A model generated the notes under the pieces. It ran no database searches. It was not told the DNA's origin and saw only the letters and a list, made by a program, of their open reading frames with translations. From an uncultured Bacillota bacterium (GTDB lineage Bacteria; Bacillota; DTU025; MWDF01), in assembly GCA_963823655.1 (NCBI GenBank), contig CAWGMK010000006.1, positions 288,001 through 352,000 of the forward strand: DNA of 64,000 bases. The letters run 5' to 3'. Position 1 is the first letter of the stretch. Every line of letters starts with the position of its first letter. The translations under genes and the position numbers were made by a program. Below are positions 1-9,696 of this stretch, piece after piece.

Positions 1-1000
1 TGGTGGTGTCGAACTCTGTGCCCTCATAGTGGTCTGCCTTTATGTTCATGATGTCCTGGAGGGTCAGCTTGTTCTTTACCGGTACGCTGAAAGGAAGGTC
101 CGCCTCGTTGATCTTGCCGACGAGATCGGGGTTGCACAGCGTCATTACGCGCCATATCCTGCGCTCGCAGGTCTCGACGGACGCGGTGGCGGTGAAGTGC
201 TTCTTCCAGCTGAAAGGCACCTTAGGATCCTCTACGTACCAGCCCTTTTCGATTGCGTACTCCTTGATGCCGGGTGCGAAGAGGAAGTTCTCGGGATCGT
301 TGAAATTGATTACGCCGATTACGGGGATGTTCGCCGATGCGGCGACATGTCCGTCCGGCACTCTCTGGGCTACCCAGAATGCGCCCGGCGCGTCGTCACC
401 GACCTGCCACAGTGGGCCGGGGCCGATGATTTCGAATATCCAGGCTTCGTAGGGGTCGGAAACGGAAAGCTCTTCGCCGCCGTCGCTGTAGCCGTACTTC
501 TCAGCCATCTCTCCCATGACCAGTATGGCTTCGCGCGCAGTTGCGCCGCGCTCCATCGCCAGCTTGGACAGATTGGTAATATCGAAGTAGCCATTGCTGT
601 TGGCAAGCTCGCGGCGGCCGCCTATAGTGGTCTCGCCCATGCCGACCTGCTTCTCGTTCATGTAGCCGAAGATCGAAGAAGTAAGATAGCCGAAGGTGTG
701 CGGAACCTGCGGTATCTTGTTGCCGGTGGGTTTGCCTGCCACTACATTGAGCTGGTTGCCCGAAGTTGTCTGGGGGATGTAAAGTACATCTACCATAGAA
801 CCCTGAGGCCAGTTCTTTGCGGGCACTTTGAAGAACTCATAGGGTGAGCTTCCGGAGTCGGCAGTGTGCGTTACTGAAGAGAAACCTTCCACTGTCGAGC
901 CCGGAGGAAGTACTACCGATGTGCATGCCAGGGTAGCCGCTGAGAACAGCGACACCATAGCTACCAGCACGAAGGCAGCGATTGTCAACCTCTTTGCCAT
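1..1000 (-). CDS. Secreted C69-family dipeptidase, paralog A (3' end runs off the window)
   Basis: Not in the ORF track because it is open-ended. ATG at 1000 after GGAGG; MAKRLTIAAFVLVAMVSLFSAATLA-CTSVVLPPG; motifs GETTIGGR, LAMERGATAREAI and AFWVAQRVPDG. Near-identical to 3687-4590. Confidence 0.9.
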   Translation of the reverse strand, partial: MAKRLTIAAFVLVAMVSLFSAATLACTSVVLPPGSTVEGFSSVTHTADSGSSPYEFFKVPAKNWPQGSMVDVLYIPQTTSGNQLNVVAGKPTGNKIPQVPHTFGYLTSSIFGYMNEKQVGMGETTIGGRRELANSNGYFDITNLSKLAMERGATAREAILVMGEMAEKYGYSDGGEELSVSDPYEAWIFEIIGPGPLWQVGDDAPGAFWVAQRVPDGHVAASANIPVIGVINFNDPENFLFAPGIKEYAIEKGWYVEDPKVPFSWKKHFTATASVETCERRIWRVMTLCNPDLVGKINEADLPFSVPVKNKLTLQDIMNIKADHYEGTEFDTT

Positions 1001-1208
1001 GTTTCTACCTCCCAAGTTAGTGATTTCGAGAATACTTCAATACTTTTAGCTTCTACTTCGCTCAGAAACCGTATAAATGCATCGCATATGCATAACAGCC
1101 AAATAATGTAATGCAGTAAAGTGCAACAATGAGCCTAAGCGAATGCTATTTGAATAATTATAGCCGTACTGCTGCATACTATCAATGGTAATTATCAAAT
1201 TATCGGAG

Positions 1209-1250
1209 AAAAACAAAAAGACCCGGCCCTCAACTAAGAGGGCCGGGCTT
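1209..1250 (-). terminator. Intrinsic terminator after dipeptidase paralog B
   Basis: 10-bp stem CCCGGCCCTC/GAGGGCCGGG with a U-rich tract on the minus strand. Confidence 0.85.
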
Positions 1251-1273
1251 GACCATCACGCTATAGGGAAAGT

Positions 1274-2965
1274 CTACTTGGTCGGGGCCACATACTGGCT
1301 CCAGCCGCGGATGTCGCTCGTACCGAAGTTATACTTGAATAACTTGTCGATCCATTCCGCAGGATAACCCTTGCCGTTAACCTTGCCGTTTTCCGTAACG
1401 AAGCCCATGTCATACTTCCACACGAGGTAGTCGAGCGTCTGCCAGACGGCATCGCGGAAAGTGTCGATGGTGTCGCTGCAGTACTCCGTCAGGTACTTTA
1501 CGGCTGCTGCCTTGTCCTTGTTGTAGAGCTCAAGCACTGACTTCTCGAAGGCAGCCTGATTCCTGATCAGTTCGCCTTCGTACTTGTCGCGGATCTTGCT
1601 TACGTCTGCATACATGTAGGACCACTTGAGGTTCATGTATGTGGACAATGACGAGATCGCCCAACGGTAGGAGTCCTTCCTGAACTCGAAGCGGTCGCCG
1701 CACTTCTCAATCGTTATCGACGGATTGAGCTCAGTGATGCCGCTGTATAGAGGAACGAACCAGCCTGCGTCTCCGCAGACGGGGGTCATCCATACCACGC
1801 CGCCAATTTCGTTGGGAAGGCTTGCTCTTGTCTGGACTATGGTCACATATTCGGCCCTCTGTACGTTGATCGTCCTCTGGGCTGTATATGTGATTCCATC
1901 GGCCTTATAGGCACCAAGGAACCTGCGGGGGTTGTTCCACGGGCCGGCGCCCAGTCCCTGGCTCAGGTCGAACTCTGTGCCTTCGTAATGATCGCCCTGA
2001 AGCTCCCTAACCTTTTGTAGTGTCACCTTATCCTTAACCGGCGCCTGGAAGGGCAGGTTAGCGGGATCAAGGGTGGCTAGCAGGTCGGGATTCAGCACTG
2101 TCATCACGCGCCATATGCGGCGTGCGGAGTAGTCGACCCTGGGGTTGTTCATGAAGTGCTTCCTCCAGCTGAAAGGCTCGCCGCTTTCAGGCTTATACCA
2201 GCCCTGAGCGATTGCGTATTCTTTTATGCCGGGGGCGAACATGAACTGGTCAGGGTTGTTGAAGTCTACTACGTCGATTACAGGATGGTTTGTCGAAATC
2301 GCTACGTTGCCGTCCAGTACCCTCTGGGCTACCCAGAAGGCGCCGGGCTCCTTGTCGCCGACCTGCCATAGTGGGCCAGGACCGATTATTTCGAAGATCC
2401 AGGCTTCCTTGGTGTCGATGACGCCGAATTCCTCACCGCCGTCGCTGTAGCCGTACTTCTGTGCCATAGCGCCCATGACCTGGATGGCCTCGCGAGCGGT
2501 CTTGCCGCGCTCCATTGCCAGCATGGAAAGGTGAGTCATGTCAAAATAGCCGTTCTGGTTGGCGAGTTCGCGGCGGCCTCCGATAGTGGTCTCTCCGATA
2601 CCGACCTGCCACTCGTTGAGGTAGCCGAAAATCGCTGACTTGATATAGGAATAGGTGTGCTCTACCTGCGGTATCAGGTTGCCTGTAGGCTTCAGAGCCA
2701 CCTCATGAAGCTGATAGCCGCTTGAATACTGGGGAAGGGTTATTACATCTACCATAGTGCCCTTGGCATAATTAGCCTCGGGTACTTTCTCGAATTCCCA
2801 CGGGGATGAGCCGGAGTCGCACGTGTGCGTGGTCATCGCAGAACCGTCAGCCGTCGACCCCGGAGGTAGGGCTATGGAAGTGCACGCCAGGGCTCCTATT
2901 GCCGAGACGGCGAGCATCAGTGCAACGATTAACGTTACAAACATTGCTCTGAGGTTCTTCTGCAT
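1274..2965 (-). CDS. Secreted C69-family dipeptidase, paralog B
   Basis: Start MQKNLRAM after AGGAGG; signal peptide ending ALA-CTS (N-terminal nucleophile Cys); GETTIGGR, RRIWR and DHYEGTEFD motifs. Confidence 0.9.
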   Translation of the reverse strand: MQKNLRAMFVTLIVALMLAVSAIGALACTSIALPPGSTADGSAMTTHTCDSGSSPWEFEKVPEANYAKGTMVDVITLPQYSSGYQLHEVALKPTGNLIPQVEHTYSYIKSAIFGYLNEWQVGIGETTIGGRRELANQNGYFDMTHLSMLAMERGKTAREAIQVMGAMAQKYGYSDGGEEFGVIDTKEAWIFEIIGPGPLWQVGDKEPGAFWVAQRVLDGNVAISTNHPVIDVVDFNNPDQFMFAPGIKEYAIAQGWYKPESGEPFSWRKHFMNNPRVDYSARRIWRVMTVLNPDLLATLDPANLPFQAPVKDKVTLQKVRELQGDHYEGTEFDLSQGLGAGPWNNPRRFLGAYKADGITYTAQRTINVQRAEYVTIVQTRASLPNEIGGVVWMTPVCGDAGWFVPLYSGITELNPSITIEKCGDRFEFRKDSYRWAISSLSTYMNLKWSYMYADVSKIRDKYEGELIRNQAAFEKSVLELYNKDKAAAVKYLTEYCSDTIDTFRDAVWQTLDYLVWKYDMGFVTENGKVNGKGYPAEWIDKLFKYNFGTSDIRGWSQYVAPTK

Positions 2966-3018
2966 CAATTCATACCTCCTTGTACTGGTTGAGCAAGCAA
3001 AATGGCTTGTCCCTACCA

Positions 3019-4683
3019 TCAATAGAACTCGCCGGGGCTGCCGGGCTTGTCCGCGGGTCCGACTATGCGCACATACGCCTCGGGCATCGCGGGCCTTACC
3101 CTCTTCATGGTGTCGGCTTCGTAGATCTGCATCATGTCATATTTCCTGAGAAGCTCGTCGAAGAGGGCCCACCAAGCGTCGCGGGCGGAAACTACGTTAT
3201 CGTTGCAGTAATCTGTAAGGAATGCCCTTGCGGCTTTGGGATCCTTCTTGAAGAGTTCAACCGCCATGGCATCTACGGCGCTCTGTTCGGCCATCCACTT
3301 GCCGGTAGTCTTGGCAATCTGCTTCTTCACGTCTACCGAAATATAGGACCACCAGTAGTCAGCGAAGGTGCTTACTGCCGATACCGCCCAGCGGAATGAC
3401 TCGCGCGTGAATACCTGATGCGAACCCGCATCCGTATTCATCGTGGGATCTACGCTGTCAACTCCTGCGTAGAAGGGGACGTAGCATGTAAGGTCGGGGT
3501 TTGTGGGTCCGTACCATACGACTCCGCCGACTTCGTCAGGAAGCCATCTGCGGCTTTGGGTAATCGTTACGTATTCGCACTGGACCTGCGCGATGCCGCG
3601 CTGCCAGCCGTAGCTCTTGTCGAGATACTTGAATCCGTTGGGGCGATAGCGCCTGGGATCGCTCCAAGGCCCTGCGGTCAGGCCCTTGGTGGTGTCGAAC
3701 TCTGTGCCCTCATAGTGGTCTGCCTTGATGTTCATGATGTCCTGGAGGGTCAGCTTGTTCTTTACCGGTACGCTGAAAGGAAGGTCCGCCTCGTTGATCT
3801 TGCCAACGAGATCGGGGTTGCACAGCGTCATTACGCGCCATATCCTGCGCTCGCAGGTCTCAACGGACGCGGTGGCGGTGAAGTGCTTCTTCCAGCTGAA
3901 AGGCACCTTAGGATCCTCTACGTACCAGCCCTTTTCGATTGCGTACTCTTTGATGCCGGGCGCGAAGAGGAAGTTCTCGGGGTCGTTGAAATTGATTACG
4001 CCGATTACAGGGATGTTCGCCGATGCGGCGACATGTCCATCCGGTACTCTCTGGGCTACCCAGAATGCGCCCGGGGCGTCGTCACCGACCTGCCACAGTG
4101 GGCCGGGGCCGATGATTTCGAATATCCAGGCTTCGTAGGGGTCAGCAACGGAAAGCTCTTCGCCGCCGTCGCTGTAGCCGTACTTCTCAGCAAGCTCTCC
4201 CATGACGAGAATGGCTTCGCGCGCAGTTGCGCCGCGCTCCATTGCCAGCATGGAGAGGTTTGTGATATCGAAGTAGCCGTTTGTGTTTGCAAGCTCGCGG
4301 CGGCCGCCTATAGTGGTCTCGCCGATGCCGACCTGCTTGTCATTCATGTAACCGAAGATCGAAGAAGTAAGATAACCGAAGGTGTGCGGCACCTGAGGTA
4401 TCTTGTTGCCGGTGGGTTTACCGGCCACTACTGTAAGCTGGTTGCCTGAAGTCATCTGAGGGATGTTGAGAACATCTACCATTGACCCCTGAGGCCAGTT
4501 CTTTGCGGGCACCTTGTAGAATTCATAGGGTGAGCTGCCGGAATCGCACGTGTGGGTAACCGATGAGAAGCCCTCCACAGTCGAGCCCGGAGGCAGGACC
4601 ACAGAAGTGCAGGCCAAAGCCCCCGTCGAGAACAGTGCGATCACTAACGCCAGCGCGGCTGCAGCAATCGTGAATCTCTTCAT
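3019..4683 (-). CDS. Secreted C69-family dipeptidase, paralog C
   Basis: 554-aa ORF with AGGAGG SD, signal peptide ending ALA-CTS and the same C69 motifs. Confidence 0.9.
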   Translation of the reverse strand: MKRFTIAAAALALVIALFSTGALACTSVVLPPGSTVEGFSSVTHTCDSGSSPYEFYKVPAKNWPQGSMVDVLNIPQMTSGNQLTVVAGKPTGNKIPQVPHTFGYLTSSIFGYMNDKQVGIGETTIGGRRELANTNGYFDITNLSMLAMERGATAREAILVMGELAEKYGYSDGGEELSVADPYEAWIFEIIGPGPLWQVGDDAPGAFWVAQRVPDGHVAASANIPVIGVINFNDPENFLFAPGIKEYAIEKGWYVEDPKVPFSWKKHFTATASVETCERRIWRVMTLCNPDLVGKINEADLPFSVPVKNKLTLQDIMNIKADHYEGTEFDTTKGLTAGPWSDPRRYRPNGFKYLDKSYGWQRGIAQVQCEYVTITQSRRWLPDEVGGVVWYGPTNPDLTCYVPFYAGVDSVDPTMNTDAGSHQVFTRESFRWAVSAVSTFADYWWSYISVDVKKQIAKTTGKWMAEQSAVDAMAVELFKKDPKAARAFLTDYCNDNVVSARDAWWALFDELLRKYDMMQIYEADTMKRVRPAMPEAYVRIVGPADKPGSPGEFY

Positions 4684-4768
4684 CGAGTCATTACCTCCTA
4701 CTTAACAAGATAGGAATTGATTGCTCTAAGACTTTTCCCTCCCTCTTCAATTCTTGGCATGATGGTCA

Positions 4769-4797
4769 GGTATATATATACCCGAAATCATTATACA
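4769..4797 (-). promoter_or_regulatory. -10 box (TATAAT) followed by perfect palindrome GGTATATATATACC, a candidate operator for paralogs C/B
   Basis: TATAAT at 4790-4795 (minus strand); 14-bp palindrome at 4769-4782 just downstream. Confidence 0.4.
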
Positions 4798-4839
4798 GCA
4801 AAGTTTGCCATAATGTCTTTTAGCAGTATGAATTAAGAC

Positions 4840-4873
4840 AAAAAAATATGGGGCCCGTTTTTCAGGCCCCATA
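4840..4873 (-). terminator. Intrinsic terminator after dipeptidase paralog D
   Basis: Stem TATGGGGCC/GGCCCCATA followed by T7 on the minus strand. Confidence 0.85.
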
Positions 4874-4909
4874 GAAGGATATATATGCGTTTGTGCGATA
4901 AGTATTAAG

Positions 4910-6584
4910 CTATTGGAGCGGATAGATGACGGCAGGATCCTTGCTTTCGACTACTTTGCGCAGCCATGCCTCAGGGTAGCTTGCGCTGGTTTTCTTACCG
5001 GTCTGCTCGTTGAACACGAAGCCTGCGTCATATTTGAACATCAGCTTGTCCAATAACTGCCACCAGGCTGCCGTTACAGCCTCTACATTGGCATTTGCGT
5101 AATCCGTAAGCATCTTTATCCCGGCGGCCTTATCCTTTGCCATGGCGTCCAGGATCGTTTTCTCTATGGCGGGTTGCAGCAACAGGGCATTGCCCTCGTA
5201 CTTGTCGATTACAGCCATTACGTCCTTGCTCATCAGGGACCACTTCAAGTCGCAATATGTGCTGACTGAAGAGATCGCCCATCTGAAGGATGTACGGGTG
5301 AAGTTCGAGTGCGCGCCTGCAGTCGGCCCGCTAACCGTCGGTGAAAGGACTGTCATTGCGGGATAGAGGGGGACGTGGCAGGTAAGGTCGGGGTTTGAAG
5401 GGCCAAACCAAATGCAGCCGAGCTCATCCGGTACGGACGCGCGGCTCTGCGTGACGAGCGAGTATTCGGTCTGGACCTGGGAGATGCCCCTCTGCCAGGA
5501 GTATGATTTGCCATCGACTTTGAAGGATGCGCCGCGGTACCTTCTGGGATCGCTCCAAGGGCCTGCGCTCAATCCCACCGTCATATCGAATGCGGTGCCT
5601 TCGTAGTGGTCCCTGTGAAGGTCCATAACGTCGCGGACTTCAAGTTTCGCTGGCGACAGGTACCGAGAAGGGCAGGTTTTTCTCGTCAAGGGTCTTGCCC
5701 AGCTCGGGGTTCACCAGACTGAATATGCGCCAGATCCTGCGGCCCGAGTATTCGGCCCTCTGGGAGTTGGTGAAATGGACCCTCCAGCTGAAGGGAAGCC
5801 CTGCTTTGGGATCATACCAGCCATTCAGGACTGCGAAGTCCACGATGCCGGGGGAGCACATGAAACCTGGCTGATTGTCCAGCTCAAGAGCGTCGATAGT
5901 TGACGCATTGCAAGTGGCTGAGATATGTCCGTCGGGCACTCTCTTGGCCACCCAATAGGCGCCGGGCTCTGCGCTTCCCTGCTGCCATAGCGGGCCGGCT
6001 CCTACGATTTCGAATGTCCAGGCTTCAGTCTCGTCGCCTACTGCGAGCATCTCGCCGCCTTCGTTGTAGCCGTACTTCACCGCAAGGCTGCCCATCACCT
6101 GTATGGCCTCCCTTGCCGTTGAAGCGCGTTGCATCGCCAGGATGGAGAGGTTCTGTATGTTGAGCCAGCCGTTGGGGCTTCTAAGCTGGGATCTGCCGCC
6201 GAATGTGGATTCGCCGATTCCAACCTGCTTGTCGTTCATAAGCCCGAAGCTGCCGCTCATGATGTAGGCATTGGTCTTTTCAACCTGGGGGATTATGTGC
6301 CCCGAGCCCTGGCCCTGGTTGCTCTTGGGGTCGCTGAACTGCACGTTGGACAGCATTTGCAGCATTACGGGAATTTCGTAATTGCTGCCTGCTGCGTATG
6401 TCTTTGCATCTACCTTGTATAGTTCCCAGGGCGCGCCGCCCGCATCGCATGTGTGCGTGACGGAAGTGCTTGCCGACGCTGAGCTCGATGCCGGCAGCAA
6501 GATCGAGGTGCATGCCAGGGAAATGGATGCGGAGGCCAACACTATTAACAGAGCTACTGCAAGGATCGCTGATCTTCTTTTCAT
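4910..6584 (-). CDS. Secreted C69-family dipeptidase, paralog D (one frameshift near 5645, probably a sequencing error)
   Basis: ORFs 5640-6584 and 4910-5689 are colinear halves (LPFSVPV / VRDVMDLHRDHYEGT); SLA-CTS N-terminus. Confidence 0.85.
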
Positions 6585-6620
6585 TTCTCTTCCTCCTTTG
6601 TAATTGTGATTCTGCTTGAA

Positions 6621-6650
6621 TAAAAAATAAGCCCGGCCTCACGCCGGGTT
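6621..6650 (-). terminator. Attenuator terminator between the Phe/Tyr leader and paralog D
   Basis: CCCGGC-GTGAG-GCCGGG followed by CTTATTTTTT, about 40 nt before the dipeptidase ATG. Confidence 0.75.
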
Positions 6651-6683
6651 CCCACCTATATCGGGCCACTACAGGGGGGTTAT

Positions 6684-6851
6684 TCAACTGTAAGGTGCAT
6701 AGGCGTAAAAGTAGGCAAAGCCGCTAAAGATGAAGGCGAATACATAATGGAAGAAGAGGCCATGATTGCTCATGGCCCCTTCAAGGAAACTGTGCTTCTG
6801 AACGGGTGCGGCCGCAATAACGTTATTAATGCCTATTGTCAACGTCATCAT
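6684..6851 (-). CDS. Putative Phe/Tyr-rich leader peptide (55 aa)
   Basis: Strong SD AAGGAGGTG; MMTLT...GLFFHYVFAFIFSGFAYFYAYAPYS; 7 Phe and 5 Tyr in the last 23 residues; a terminator follows. Confidence 0.7.
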   Translation of the reverse strand: MMTLTIGINNVIAAAPVQKHSFLEGAMSNHGLFFHYVFAFIFSGFAYFYAYAPYS

Positions 6852-6879
6852 AGCTGCACCTCCTTCATTGCTTGAATAT

Positions 6880-6908
6880 AGATTACATACTCTGTGGCAG
6901 TTGGTCAA
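6880..6908 (-). promoter_or_regulatory. Sigma70-type promoter for the leader/paralog D transcript
   Basis: TTGACC-17 nt-TAATCT immediately upstream of the leader SD. Confidence 0.5.
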
Positions 6909-6915
6909 TAATTAT

Positions 6916-8076
6916 TTACATTTCCTCGATTACTGCACCTTCTGCCTCGGGATCCATAAAGTATTCTTTCAGGCCATTCGCCATGATTTCCTCATAGGTA
7001 GGAGCAGTAAAGCTTATCGCCTTGTCCTCATAAGAATACGACCACTCCTCCAGAACTAGCATGGCGGTGGTGAAATGGCGGCCGACCCTCTGATCCATGG
7101 TCTTTCCTTCTTCGGGATCGTAGGGGCAGAACAGAAGTCCAAGGTCGCCGAGCTTGCCCAGGAACTCATCCTTGCCGTCGAGCAGCAGCTTCTCGGTCTT
7201 GGGGCCGGTGGGCTGGTCTAGGAACGGCTCCGGCGCTTCGAAGAGGAAGGGGTATACATTCTCTAAGCCCGTTTCGGAGTCACCGACTTCCCTGTGCGAG
7301 AAGCCCCTTGCAAGCTGCGGAGAGCGGAAGGTAATGATCTCGAACGGGGCTGATAACAGCGCGAACGATGCTATGTTCATGCTCTTGTCCGGGGCAACTA
7401 TGCAGTTGGTGACCGGGTAGAAGAGCTCAGCTTCGTGCATGTCGATAACAATATCCAGCCCTTCCTGCTCGACCAGCTGCATAACAGCGTATGCCGCCTG
7501 CTCCGTCAGGTTGCCGTTGGGGTTTCCGGGGAAGCAGCGGTTGATATTCCTGGCCTCAACATAGGACTGCGACTGGCCGGTAGGGTAGTGGAACTGGATT
7601 TCCGGATCCGGCCACTGGTCCACGGCCGAAGTGTTCCTGTCGCCCATGCGGAACTTCCTGGGGCCGAAGTTGGTCTCGATGTTGAAATAGAGGGGGAAGC
7701 CTCCTGAAGCCTGGGTCGTAGTAGACCCGCTGCGGTTGACGTGCGGGATGATGATGACCTTCCCCTTGGTGACTTGCATGCTTTCAATTGCCACAACCGA
7801 CGCTACGACGCCGGAAGGTTCACAGGCGTGCGCTCCGCCGAACATCAGGACTCCGCCTCCGGGCTCGCTGCCCTCAAGCACGAAGACCTTGGTGTCCATG
7901 GCGGTACCTTTAATCTTATCGAAGTAATCGGAAAGCATCTTGACTTCCGTTACTCCGGGACCTCTTACGACTACTTCCTTGTAATGCCTCTGGGCGTACA
8001 AACTGCCACCGCCAAATGCGATGACTATGATGGCCGCAAGGGCGAGTATCACTTTTACTGTACTGAACTTACGCAT
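6916..8076 (-). CDS. Membrane-anchored or exported succinylglutamate desuccinylase/aspartoacylase-family (M14-like) deacylase
   Basis: GGAHACE (HxxE), NINRCFPG and DMHE zinc/substrate motifs; hydrophobic N-terminus; start MRKFST after GGAGG. Confidence 0.8.
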   Translation of the reverse strand: MRKFSTVKVILALAAIIVIAFGGGSLYAQRHYKEVVVRGPGVTEVKMLSDYFDKIKGTAMDTKVFVLEGSEPGGGVLMFGGAHACEPSGVVASVVAIESMQVTKGKVIIIPHVNRSGSTTTQASGGFPLYFNIETNFGPRKFRMGDRNTSAVDQWPDPEIQFHYPTGQSQSYVEARNINRCFPGNPNGNLTEQAAYAVMQLVEQEGLDIVIDMHEAELFYPVTNCIVAPDKSMNIASFALLSAPFEIITFRSPQLARGFSHREVGDSETGLENVYPFLFEAPEPFLDQPTGPKTEKLLLDGKDEFLGKLGDLGLLFCPYDPEEGKTMDQRVGRHFTTAMLVLEEWSYSYEDKAISFTAPTYEEIMANGLKEYFMDPEAEGAVIEEM

Positions 8077-8097
8077 TTCAAAGCCCTCCATTTCGGC

Positions 8098-8253
8098 CTA
8101 TTTGAACCTCAATAACCTTAGTAAAAGGGGAACGAGAATTACCATATACATGGCCGAATCCTGCAGTTTCTTGGATTTCAGGAAGTTGTTTATTATCAGT
8201 GCCACCAGGACTGCGGCCATAAGGTAGTAGATCGAGTTGATTATCATGTTCAT
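8098..8253 (-). CDS. Small two-TM membrane protein (51 aa), missed by the ORF track
   Basis: AGGAGG SD; MNMIINSIYYLMAAVLVALIINNFLKSKKLQDSAMYMVILVPLLLRLLRFK; fills the gap between permease and deacylase. Confidence 0.75.
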   Translation of the reverse strand: MNMIINSIYYLMAAVLVALIINNFLKSKKLQDSAMYMVILVPLLLRLLRFK

Positions 8254-8274
8254 GTCTGAAGACCTCCTAGCTTT

Positions 8275-9601
8275 CTAGCCCCAAATCGGCCAGTTCACTA
8301 TTTCGCCGCCGAAATAGATGAGAACGAAAGCGACTGCCGTAACGAAAATCCACGGGACAATCGACCTCTTCAGGAACTGCCCGTAGGAACCCTGGTAGTT
8401 CACCGTCTGTTTCGTCATGCGGAAGATTATCGCCGTCGGAGGCAGCGCGTCGCCTAATGCCCACAGAAGGGACAGGCCCGCTATGACAAGCGGCAGTGCC
8501 TGATTGTAGCCGCGCGAGGAAAGCGTCCATACAAGCGGTATGCCAATTACGGCAGCGCCGCCGAAGCCAAGGATGCCCTCTGTTAGCGGGTTAACGACTA
8601 TCAGGCTTATTAGCATGTATTCTATCGGCAATGCGATGATCGCGAATGACACAAGGCCTCTGACGCCCGTGACGGAAAGTATCTGGATGAAGATGCCCAC
8701 GACTATCATTGTCGTCATAAGAGGCAACAGCTGTGATAGAGTGCTTTCTGCCAGCTTGAGGATATTGATCTTCGCGCTCTTAGGCGCGCAGAGCAGTGCA
8801 ACGACGTGCGCTGATAAGGAACACCAGAGGCAGCCCCAGCGTGGGTATTACGAATTTCACCAGCCTGGGTGCCATGAACAATACTACTAGCACTGCAAAA
8901 GGTATGGCCAGCCTTAAAGCATTCATGCCGTGAGGTACTTTGGGCAGCTCTTCTGCGTCGCTTTGCTCGGCCGTTTTTCTAAGCCCAAGCCATAGGGACA
9001 CGAAAAGGCCGCATGCAAGTACCGGCCATAGAAGCGGTAGCTCGAAGCCGACGTAAGGTACGCCGGTGCCGCCGCAAATCAGCATCGCCCAGATCGATAC
9101 GGGCGGGCAAACGGCCGCAAGGCCGGCCAGGAAGAATATCATGGCTGCTATCCTGTCCTTGGATACGCCGATTTTAGACAGGACGAGAGCTGCCGTGGAG
9201 CCTGCCACGAGCACTGAAACGCTGCCGGCGCCCGTTATCGCGCCCGGTATGAGCATCAATACCATGATGAGCAGCAATGCCAACGGCCTGAATTTCGAAA
9301 CGCTCAAAATCCCCTTTGCCATCAGCGTGAGTCCGCCCGACTCTTTAATGATGTTCATGAAGAATGTCGCGAAGAAGAAGATCAGAATCAGGTCTATGTA
9401 GGTAGCTGATCCTTCCGCTATATGCCTTAATGGCAACAGCAGCTCCAAGCGGTTAACATCCGGCAGGATTATCCCCCCCAGGATGGATGCCGCAATGGCG
9501 GCCACGAACATGCTCAGCTCAACGCTCAGCTTGAACTTCATGTTCGCAAGCACGTAGACTGCCACTAAGACCGCAAGGATTATCAAAGTCAAAGTGAACA
9601 T
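8275..9601 (-). CDS. TRAP large-permease (DctM)-like / ion transporter superfamily permease (frameshift near 8800)
   Basis: Multi-TM halves 8780-9601 and 8275-8727; motifs PGAITGAGS, PPVSIWAM and GDALPPTA. Confidence 0.75.
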
Positions 9602-9637
9602 GCAAAATACCCCTTTCGCGGTCGGCATTGAGTTAGG

Positions 9638-9680
9638 AAAATGGCCCGGAGATACTTAATTGCGGGGAATCTCCGGGCCA
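9638..9680 (-). terminator. Intergenic hairpin (partial terminator or mRNA stabiliser) after the DUF6305 gene
   Basis: 12-bp stem TGGCCCGGAGAT/ATCTCCGGGCCA with a short U tract. Confidence 0.65.
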
Positions 9681-9696
9681 CCTATTTATTAGTCTC

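Noticed and set aside
1075-1185. ARG-box-like words (TGCAT/TGAAT) upstream of paralog A
   Set aside because: Spacing and half-sites are too degenerate to call ArgR sites by eye.
29-4449. Long plus-strand ORFs (29-847, 3418-4449, 42-452, 3725-4138)
   Set aside because: These are antisense shadows of the dipeptidases with no SD or motifs; they recur only because the sense genes are duplicated.
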